Assembly (NCBI GenBank): GCA_046730015.1 | Contig: JBKPHT010000126.1 | Coordinates: forward strand, 1,074 to 65,073 | Source: Actinomycetota bacterium | Lineage (GTDB): Bacteria > Actinomycetota > Acidimicrobiia > Acidimicrobiales > VFJN01 | Direction: 5' to 3' | Length of the DNA stretch: 64,000 nt | In this document: positions 26,481 through 38,097 of the stretch, one piece after another | Numbering within the stretch: position 1 is the stretch's first letter | Layout: each line of letters starts with the position of its first letter | Made by a program: the position numbers and the translations under genes | Notes under the pieces: model-generated | Databases searched by the model: none | Told to the model about the DNA's origin: nothing | The model's input: the letters and a program-made list of their open reading frames with translations, nothing else

Positions 26481-27425
26481 ATGGCCGCCCTCCCCGACGC
26501 CCTGGCCCGCCGGCTGCCCCGCCCGCCCTTCCCGTTCTCGGCCCCGACCGTGCCCGGCGGGGTCGAGGCGCCCGTCCGCCGCCCGCGGGCCGGCGCCGAC
26601 TACGACACCGCCTGGGCCCGCCGCTACCCCGCCCGGCTCGCCCGGGCGGCCCTGGTCGAGGCCGTGGCCCGGCCGGTCGTCACGGCGTTGGCCCGGCCCG
26701 AGGTCCACGGGCTCGACCGGCTCGACCCCCTCACCGCCGGCCGGCGGTCCTCCGACCCGCCGCCGCCCGTCATCTTCGCCGCCAACCACCACAGCCACGT
26801 CGACACGCCCACGCTCATCACCACGATCCCCGAGCCCTGGCGGCACAAGCTGTTCGTCGGGGCGGCCGCCGACTACTTCTTCCGCACCCCGGTCACCAGC
26901 GCGCTGTCGGCCCTGGCCATCGGCGCGGTGCCGATCGAGCGGAGCCGGGTCAGCCGGCGGTCGGCCGACCGGCTGGCCACGCTGATCGACGCCGGCTGGT
27001 CGCTGCTGATCTTCCCCGAGGGTGGCCGCAGCCCCGACGGGTGGGGCCAGCCGTTCCGCGGCGGGGCCGCCTACCTGGCCCTGCGGTGCGGCGTGCCGGT
27101 GGTGCCGATCCACCTCGACGGCACCGGCCGGATCCTCCGCAAGGGCCGCAAGCTGCCCTCCCCGGCGACCGCCCGGGTCACCTTCGGCGCCCCCCTGGAG
27201 GCCGCCGGGGCCGACGCCCGCCGCTTCGGGGCGGTGATCGAGCAGGCCGTGGCCGCCCTGGCCGACGAGTCGACCACCGACTGGTGGTCGGCCCGCCGCC
27301 GGGCCCACGCCGGCGAGACCCCCGCCCTGGTCGGCCCCGACGCGCCCGCCTGGCGGCGGGCGTGGGCCCTCGGCGACCCGGACCGCAGGCGGACCCGGCA
27401 GCGCCGCCGCTGGCCCCCGGCGTGA
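26481..27425 (+). CDS. Lysophospholipid/glycerol-phosphate acyltransferase family protein (PlsC-like)
   Basis: 314-aa ORF. NHHSHVD (HxxxxD) and IFPEGGRS motifs. Arg-rich C-terminal tail. Confidence 0.8.
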   Translation: MAALPDALARRLPRPPFPFSAPTVPGGVEAPVRRPRAGADYDTAWARRYPARLARAALVEAVARPVVTALARPEVHGLDRLDPLTAGRRSSDPPPPVIFAANHHSHVDTPTLITTIPEPWRHKLFVGAAADYFFRTPVTSALSALAIGAVPIERSRVSRRSADRLATLIDAGWSLLIFPEGGRSPDGWGQPFRGGAAYLALRCGVPVVPIHLDGTGRILRKGRKLPSPATARVTFGAPLEAAGADARRFGAVIEQAVAALADESTTDWWSARRRAHAGETPALVGPDAPAWRRAWALGDPDRRRTRQRRRWPPA

Positions 27426-27462
27426 GCGAGCGCAGCGAGCGAACCAGAGACACAGTGCGTTA

Positions 27463-27524
27463 CCCGGCCCGAAGGGCCGAGCGCTCATTGGGTGCACCCC
27501 GGAGGGGTGCCCAATGAGGGGCGC
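27463..27524 (+). terminator. Two tandem GC-rich stem-loops in the only sizeable intergenic gap of the operon (terminator, attenuator or RNA-stability element)
   Basis: CGGCCC-gaa-GGGCCG (27463-27477), followed by GCGCTCATTGGGTGCACCCC-gga-GGGGTGCCCAATGAGGGGCGC (27481-27524). The second is a stem of about 17 bp with one bulged A. No U tract. Confidence 0.4.
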
Positions 27525-27566
27525 TGGATAAGCACCGCCGCAGCCCGTGACCTAGGCTGCTCCCTC

Positions 27567-27899
27567 ATGCTCTGGTTCGAGCGCGAGGTCGTTGGGGCCC
27601 TCACCGACTCGCAGGAACAGCCTGTGAGATCCGCGGTCGAGTCGTTCGTGGACGGCTCGCTGCGCGACATGCCCGAGCACCTGCGCCTCGGCGTCGTCGG
27701 CGAGTCGGTGCTGCTGGGGGCCTACGTCGGCGGCCTCCGCCGGGCGGGCCGGCTGCCCGCCGGCGACCGCGAGGGCCTGCTCGCGCTGCTCGGGCGCTGG
27801 GAGGCGAGCCCGATCGGCCCGCTCCAGGCCTACGTCCGGCTGATGAAGTCGCTGGTGATCCTGGCCGAGAACGAGCTGGCACCCCAGGGGGCGGGCTGA
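27567..27899 (+). CDS. Small hypothetical protein (110 aa) coupled to the GMC oxidoreductase
   Basis: Track ORF 27492..27899. I prefer ATG 27567 (MLWFEREVVGALTD...) because the upstream extension lies inside the hairpin. Its stop overlaps the GMC start (TGATG). No recognisable motif. Confidence 0.5.
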   Translation: MLWFEREVVGALTDSQEQPVRSAVESFVDGSLRDMPEHLRLGVVGESVLLGAYVGGLRRAGRLPAGDREGLLALLGRWEASPIGPLQAYVRLMKSLVILAENELAPQGAG

Positions 27900-29323
27900 T
27901 GGCCGACCTGTCGACCGACGTGCTCGTCGTCGGCTCCGGCGCCGGCGGCGCGTTCACCGCCGCCCTCCTCGCCGAGGCCGGCCGGAACGTGACGGTGGTC
28001 GAGGAGGGCCCCTGGATCGACCCCGACGCGCTCGAGCCGTTCTCCCTGGAGGAGATGGTGGCGAAGTACCGCCACCGGGGGCCCACCGCCGCGCTCGGCA
28101 ACCCGATCGTCGCCTACGTCGAAGGTCGCTGCGTCGGCGGCAGCACCGAGATCAACAGCGGGCTCTACCACCGGCTGCCCGACCACCTGGCCGCCGAGTG
28201 GCGCACGGCGTACGCCATCGACGAGTTCTCGCCCGAGGCCCTGGCCGGCTACGCCGACCGCGTCGAGGACCAGATCTCGGTCGCCCGGGTTCCCGGCGCG
28301 CCGCCGGCGTCGTCCGCGGCCATCGAGCGGGGCGCCACCAAGCTCGGCTGGCGCAACGTGGAGTTCGCCCGGGTGTTCAGCTACGACACCCAGGGCCGGG
28401 GCACCAAGCAGACGATGTCGCGCACGATGCTGCCCCGGGCGCTGGCCGCCGGCGCGACCCTCGTCCCCGACTGCCGGGTGCTGGGCCTGGTCCGCCGCGG
28501 CGACCGCGTCGTCGGCGCCCGCTGCCGGCGGAGCCACCCGGGCGGCGGCGTCGAGCGGCTGACCGTCCACGCCGACCACGTCATCGTGTGCGGCGGCGCC
28601 ATCCACTCCCCCGCCCTGCTCCAGCGCAGCGGCATCTGGCGCAACATCGGCAACGGCCTCAAGATGCACCCGACCATCAAGATCGCCGCCCGGTTCCCCT
28701 TCCCGATCGACCACGGCGACGTGCCCATGCACCGGGTCACCGAGTTCTCGCCGTTCGTGGCCATCGGCGGCTCGGCCAGCCGCAAGGGCCAGGTGGCCCT
28801 CGCCCTCTCCGACACCGGCGAGCCCTACGACGAGGCGCTCGCCGACTGGGAGAACATCGCCACCTACTACTCCGCCATCCGCAGCGAGGGCAGCGGCCGG
28901 GTGCTCGCGGTCCGCGGGGTGCGCTCGCCGCTCGTGACCTACTCCCTGACCGAGGCCGACCTCTCCCGCCTGGCCCGCGGGCTCGTCCACCTGGGCGAGC
29001 TGCTGTTGGCGGCCGGTGCCACCGAGCTGCACCCCTCGGTGCTCGGCGGCACCGTGGCCCGCCGGCTCGACGACCTGGGGGCCTGGTGGGACCAGGTGAC
29101 CCGGGCAAAGGCCAACCTGATGACCGTGCACCTCACCTCGACGGTGCGGATGGGCGAGGACCGGGCCCGCACCGGGGCCGACAGCTTCGGCCGGGTGTGG
29201 GGCTACCGGAACCTGCGGGTGAACGACGGCTCGCTCATCCCCGACGCCCCCGGGGTCAACCCCCAGGCGGCGATCATGGCCATCGCCACCCGCAACTGCG
29301 ACCAGTTCCTGGCCGACGCGTAG
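27899..29323 (+). CDS. GMC family FAD-dependent oxidoreductase
   Basis: 474-aa ORF. N-terminal FAD motif DVLVVGSGAGGAFTAALLAEAG. The C-terminal segment VRMGEDRARTGADSFGRVWGYRNLRVNDGSLIPDAPGVNPQ is typical of GMC enzymes. Confidence 0.85.
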   Translation: MADLSTDVLVVGSGAGGAFTAALLAEAGRNVTVVEEGPWIDPDALEPFSLEEMVAKYRHRGPTAALGNPIVAYVEGRCVGGSTEINSGLYHRLPDHLAAEWRTAYAIDEFSPEALAGYADRVEDQISVARVPGAPPASSAAIERGATKLGWRNVEFARVFSYDTQGRGTKQTMSRTMLPRALAAGATLVPDCRVLGLVRRGDRVVGARCRRSHPGGGVERLTVHADHVIVCGGAIHSPALLQRSGIWRNIGNGLKMHPTIKIAARFPFPIDHGDVPMHRVTEFSPFVAIGGSASRKGQVALALSDTGEPYDEALADWENIATYYSAIRSEGSGRVLAVRGVRSPLVTYSLTEADLSRLARGLVHLGELLLAAGATELHPSVLGGTVARRLDDLGAWWDQVTRAKANLMTVHLTSTVRMGEDRARTGADSFGRVWGYRNLRVNDGSLIPDAPGVNPQAAIMAIATRNCDQFLADA

Positions 29324-29350
29324 CCGGCCGCCGACTCCGGACAGGTACCC

Positions 29351-30412
29351 GTGACAGCAGCCGATCCCCACGACGTCCCCTCCGGCGTGCCGGCGGCCAC
29401 CGCGGTGGTCACCGGGGCCTCGGGGTGGCTGGGCCAGAACCTGGTCCGCACCCTCGTCGCCTCACGCGAGCGGGTGCGCTGCCTCGTGCCCGTCGACGAC
29501 CAGGCGGCACCGCTGGCGCTGCTGTCGCCGGCCGTCGAGGTGGTGGTGGGCGACGTGCGCGACCCCGCCACCGCCGACCGCGTGTTCGACGGCGTCGGCA
29601 CCGACGCCGCGGTGTTCCACGCGGCCGCCGTGATCCACCCGCAGAGGTCCACCCGCGAGTTCTTCGACGTCAACGTGGGCGGCACCCAGAACATGGTCGA
29701 CCGGGCCCGGCGGGCCGGGGCCTCCCGGTTCGTTCACGTGTCGTCGAACTCGCCGTTCGGGGTCAACCCGACGCCCTACGACACGTTCACCGAGGACTCG
29801 CCGTACAACCCGTGGCTCGGCTACGGGCGGTCGAAGTACGAGGCCGAGCAGATCGTCCAGAACGCCAACGACCGCGGCGACGTCGCCACGGTCATGGTCC
29901 GGGCACCGTGGTTCTACGGGCCGTACCAGCCGCCGCGGCAGAGCCAGTTCTTCCGGACCATCCGCAGGGGCCGCTTCCCGCTGGTCGGCGACGGCACCCA
30001 GCGCCGCTCGATGGCCTACACCGACAACCTCGTCCAGGGCCTGGTGCGGGCCGAGGTCGCCGACAAGGCGCCGGGCAACGCCTACTGGGTGGCCGACGCC
30101 CGCCCCTACGAGCTGCGGGAGATCCTGGCCACCGTCCGCCGGGCGCTGGAGGCCGAGGGCCTGCCCACGTCGGGGCCCGAGCGGCTGCCGATGCCCCGGG
30201 CCGTCGCCCGCTTCGCCGAGCGGCTCGACATCGTCGCCCAGGGCCGGGGCCGCTACGTCCAGCCCCTCCACGTGCTGGGCGAGCTCAACCACACGATCGC
30301 CTGCGACATCAGCCGGGCCCGCGAGGAGCTGGGCTACGAGCCGACCGTCGAGCTCGAAGAGGGCATGCGGCGCAGCATCCGCTGGTGCCTCGACCATGGG
30401 GAGCAGCTCTGA
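29351..30412 (+). CDS. NAD-dependent epimerase/dehydratase family protein (extended SDR)
   Basis: 353-aa ORF with a GTG start. VVTGASGWLGQNLV and YGRSKYEAE (YxxxK). Confidence 0.8.
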   Translation: MTAADPHDVPSGVPAATAVVTGASGWLGQNLVRTLVASRERVRCLVPVDDQAAPLALLSPAVEVVVGDVRDPATADRVFDGVGTDAAVFHAAAVIHPQRSTREFFDVNVGGTQNMVDRARRAGASRFVHVSSNSPFGVNPTPYDTFTEDSPYNPWLGYGRSKYEAEQIVQNANDRGDVATVMVRAPWFYGPYQPPRQSQFFRTIRRGRFPLVGDGTQRRSMAYTDNLVQGLVRAEVADKAPGNAYWVADARPYELREILATVRRALEAEGLPTSGPERLPMPRAVARFAERLDIVAQGRGRYVQPLHVLGELNHTIACDISRAREELGYEPTVELEEGMRRSIRWCLDHGEQL

Positions 30413-31455
30413 TGGTCCGCACCGTCCTCATCACCGGCGGGAGCGGCTACTTCGGCTCGATCCTCGCCGACCTGGCGCTGGCCCGGGGCGACCGGGTCCG
30501 CATCCTCGACCTCAACCGTCCGACCGCCCGCGAGGGCGAGGCGGCCGACCGGGTCACCTTCGTGCAGGGCGACGTCCGCGACCTCGCCGCCCTGCGGGAG
30601 GCCAGCGACGGGGCCGACGTCGTGCTCAACAACGTCGCGCAGGTGCCCCTGGCCAAGGACCGCGAGCTGTTCTGGTCGGTCAACGTCACCGGCACGGCCA
30701 ACGTCCTGTTGGCCGCCCGGGACAAGGGCGTGTCGAAGGTCGTGCACACCTCGTCGAGCGCCATCTTCGGCATCCCCGAGTCCAACCCGGTCACCGAGGA
30801 CACCCCCGGCCGCCCTCTGGAGGCCTACGGCCGGGCCAAGCTCGAGGCCGAGCACCTGTGCCACGACGCGGTCGACACGGGGCTCGACGTGTCGATCGTC
30901 CGGCCCCGCACGATCCTGGGGCACGGCCGGCTCGGCATCATCGCCGTGCTGTTCGAGTTCGTGGCCGAGGGCGCGCCCGTCTACGTCCTGGGCAGCGGCG
31001 ACAACCACTACCAGTTCGTCCACGCCAGCGACCTCGCCGACGCCGTGCTCCGCGCCTCCGACCGGCCGAAGCCCGCGACCTACAACATCGGCGCCGCCGA
31101 GTTCGGCACCATGCGCGAGACGCTGCAGGCCCTGGTCGACCACGCCGGCACCGGCTCCCGGGTCCGGTCGCTGCCGGCCGCCCCGGCCAGGATCGGCATG
31201 AAGGGCCTGGCCACGATCGGCCTGGCCCCGTTCGCGCCGTACCACTGGCTGCTGTACGCCGAGTCGCTCTGGTTCGACACGTCGAAGGCCCAGTCGGAGC
31301 TGGGGTGGCAGCCGCAGCACTCCAACGCCTCGGCGGTCATCGAGTCGTACGAGTGGTTCCTGGCCAACCGGGGCTCGCTCGACACCACCCACGCGTCCCA
31401 CCACCAGTCCCCGGTCAAGCTGGGCCTGCTCGAGGTCTTGAAGCGCTTGCCATGA
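30412..31455 (+). CDS. NAD-dependent epimerase/dehydratase family protein (extended SDR)
   Basis: Last 347 aa of track ORF 28198..31455, from ATG 30412 (TGATG overlap). ITGGSGYFGSIL and YGRAKLEAE (YxxxK). Confidence 0.8.
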   Translation: MVRTVLITGGSGYFGSILADLALARGDRVRILDLNRPTAREGEAADRVTFVQGDVRDLAALREASDGADVVLNNVAQVPLAKDRELFWSVNVTGTANVLLAARDKGVSKVVHTSSSAIFGIPESNPVTEDTPGRPLEAYGRAKLEAEHLCHDAVDTGLDVSIVRPRTILGHGRLGIIAVLFEFVAEGAPVYVLGSGDNHYQFVHASDLADAVLRASDRPKPATYNIGAAEFGTMRETLQALVDHAGTGSRVRSLPAAPARIGMKGLATIGLAPFAPYHWLLYAESLWFDTSKAQSELGWQPQHSNASAVIESYEWFLANRGSLDTTHASHHQSPVKLGLLEVLKRLP

Positions 31456-33371
31456 GTGGCACGGTCGACCGGCTCGACGGCCGCCCGGCCGCCACCGACA
31501 TCTCGGTCGACGAGTCGGGCGACCCCGCCCCGGCGCAGCCAACGCCGCCCGGGGACGCCGCCCGCAGCGACCGGCGCCGCCGGGCCCTGCTGGCGGCGCT
31601 GGTGGCCGCGGTGGTGAGCGTGCCGGTGGTGGTGGCGGCGATCGCCGTCCGGAGCCCCCGGTGGTACCCGCTGGTCGACCTGGCCCAGATCGAGTTCCGG
31701 GTGCGCGACGTCGGCCTCGCCCACCCGCCGCTGGTGGGGTTGGGGGGCCGGATCTTCGGCCACGGCACCCAGGGCAGCCACCCGGGCCCGATGAGCTTCT
31801 ACCTGTTGGCGCCGGTGTACCGGCTCCTCGGCAGCTCGGCGTGGGCGCTGCAGGTCTCCGCCTCGGCGCTCAACATCGGGGCGCTGGCGGCCACCGTGTG
31901 GGCCGCGCACCGGCGCCTGGGCCTGCGGGGCGCGCTGCTCGTGGGCGCCGGGTTGGCCCTGCTGATCAGGCTCTACGGCACCGCGATCATCGTCTACCCG
32001 TGGAACCCGTTCCTGCCGGTGCTGTTCTGGATCCTGTTCCTCGTCTGCGTCTGGGGCGTGCTGTGCGACGACCTGCCGCTGCTACCGGTGGCGGTGGCGG
32101 CGGGGACGCTGTGCGCCCAGACCCACATCCCCTACGTCGCCCTGGTGGGCGGCATGGCGGTGGTGGTCGTCGCCGGGCTCGGCCTGGCGTTCGTCCGGCG
32201 CCGCGACGACCCGGGGGCGCGGCGGTCGCTGCTGATCTGGACGGGCGGCAGCCTCGGGCTGGGGCTGGTCCTGTGGCTGCCGGTCTTCGTGGAGCAGCTG
32301 GGCGGCGACCCGGGGAACCTGGCGATCATCGTCGACAACTTCCGGCACCCGGCCGAGGCCGCGAAGGGCCTCGGCGCGGCCCGGTCGCTGTTGCTCGACC
32401 ATCTGAACGTGGTCAACATCGTCGAGGGCCACCGGGTGTTGGACTCGTCGTCGATCCCGGGGCTGGCCCTGCTGGCGGCGTGGGCCGTGGCGGCGATCGC
32501 CGCGGCGCGGCGCCGGGAGCGGACGCTGGTCGCGCTGCACGTGGTGGTGGGCGCCGCGCTGGTCGTCGGGCTGGTCGCCATCAGCCGGATCTTCGGGATT
32601 CCCTGGTACTACCTCATGTTGTGGGCCTGGGGGACGGCGGTGCTCACCCTGGTGGCGGTGGCCGCCACCGTGCTGCGGCTGGTCGGCGACCCGCTGGCCG
32701 CCCGCCTGCCCGCCCCTCGCCGCGGGGCGGTCCGCTGGGCCGGCGCCGCTGTGCTGGGGGTGGCGGTCGTCGTCCCGACGGTCCTGACCGCCCGCACCGA
32801 GCCCGATCGGGAGCTCATGGCCGTCGGGCTGTCCGATCAGCTGGGCGAGCTGGTCGGACCGGTGGTCCGGGCCGTCGAGGACGGCGACGTCGCCGGCGGG
32901 CCCGACGGCACCTTCCTGGTGACCTGGATCGACCCGGTGAACCTCGGGAGCCAGGGCTTCGGGCTGATGCTGGAGATGGAACGGGCGGGCATCGACGTGA
33001 AGGCGCCCGAGCCGATGCGGCTCGGCGTCCGCGACCACCGGGTCGTGGAGCCCGGGGAGGCCGACGCCGAGATCCACCTGGCCGTCGGCCTGGCGGCCAT
33101 CGAGGAAACCCGGGCGCGCCGAGGCTCGGCCCAGCTCGCCTACGATGACCCCCGGACGCCCGCGGAGCGACAGGAGGTCGACCGCCTGCGAGCCGAGCTG
33201 ACCGCGGGGCTCACCGCGGCCGGCATCACCGACCTCGTCCCGCTGATCGACGACAACCTGTACGCCTTGCAGACCGACCCGCGGCTGCCGCAGGAGCTGA
33301 GCCGGCTGGCGTACTTCCTGAGCATCACCCCCCAGCCGGTGGCCGTGTTCTCGTCGCCCGTCCAGCCCTGA
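31452..33371 (+). CDS. Large polytopic membrane protein, possibly a GT-C-type glycosyltransferase; function unknown
   Basis: Last 639 aa of track ORF 30396..33371, from ATG 31452 (ATGA overlap). About 12 hydrophobic helices, an acidic first loop (PLVDLAQIEFRVRD), and a soluble C-terminal domain of about 190 aa. Confidence 0.6.
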   Translation: MSGTVDRLDGRPAATDISVDESGDPAPAQPTPPGDAARSDRRRRALLAALVAAVVSVPVVVAAIAVRSPRWYPLVDLAQIEFRVRDVGLAHPPLVGLGGRIFGHGTQGSHPGPMSFYLLAPVYRLLGSSAWALQVSASALNIGALAATVWAAHRRLGLRGALLVGAGLALLIRLYGTAIIVYPWNPFLPVLFWILFLVCVWGVLCDDLPLLPVAVAAGTLCAQTHIPYVALVGGMAVVVVAGLGLAFVRRRDDPGARRSLLIWTGGSLGLGLVLWLPVFVEQLGGDPGNLAIIVDNFRHPAEAAKGLGAARSLLLDHLNVVNIVEGHRVLDSSSIPGLALLAAWAVAAIAAARRRERTLVALHVVVGAALVVGLVAISRIFGIPWYYLMLWAWGTAVLTLVAVAATVLRLVGDPLAARLPAPRRGAVRWAGAAVLGVAVVVPTVLTARTEPDRELMAVGLSDQLGELVGPVVRAVEDGDVAGGPDGTFLVTWIDPVNLGSQGFGLMLEMERAGIDVKAPEPMRLGVRDHRVVEPGEADAEIHLAVGLAAIEETRARRGSAQLAYDDPRTPAERQEVDRLRAELTAGLTAAGITDLVPLIDDNLYALQTDPRLPQELSRLAYFLSITPQPVAVFSSPVQP

Positions 33372-33616
33372 CCGGCCGCCGCACGGAAAACCCCTGTAAC
33401 TGCCCTGACCTGCGATCGGCTAACCTGACCAGACCCTCGACGGGGCCCCGGGCAACGGTGCCCGCTTCGCCTCAGTGACGACGCGGATGCCCCTCGACGC
33501 AGTGCCCGACCCTGGGAGCAGGCACGCGCCCGGCGACGCCGCCGACCGGCCCGTGACCTGGTTCCCCACCCGCCGGCGGTACCCCGCCGGCCTGCATCCG
33601 GTAGGAGGACCGCCCC

Positions 33617-38062
<4,446 letters not shown>

Positions 38063-38097
38063 GCCGCCCCGGCTGTCGTGTAGATTCGGCCGGAGTC

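Noticed and set aside
27492-27566. Upstream extension of the small ORF (MHPGGVPNEGRWISTAAARDLGCSL...).
   Set aside because: The extension is encoded by the 3' arm of the large hairpin and the sequence that follows it, and has no ribosome-binding site. ATG 27567 gives a compact protein.
33390-33440. GlnR-like boxes (GTAAC-n6-GACCT ... CTAAC-n6-AGACC) upstream of gltB.
   Set aside because: The match to the gTnAc-n6-GaAAc consensus is loose, with both b-sites poor and the spacing irregular. This is not enough to call without a scoring matrix or binding data.
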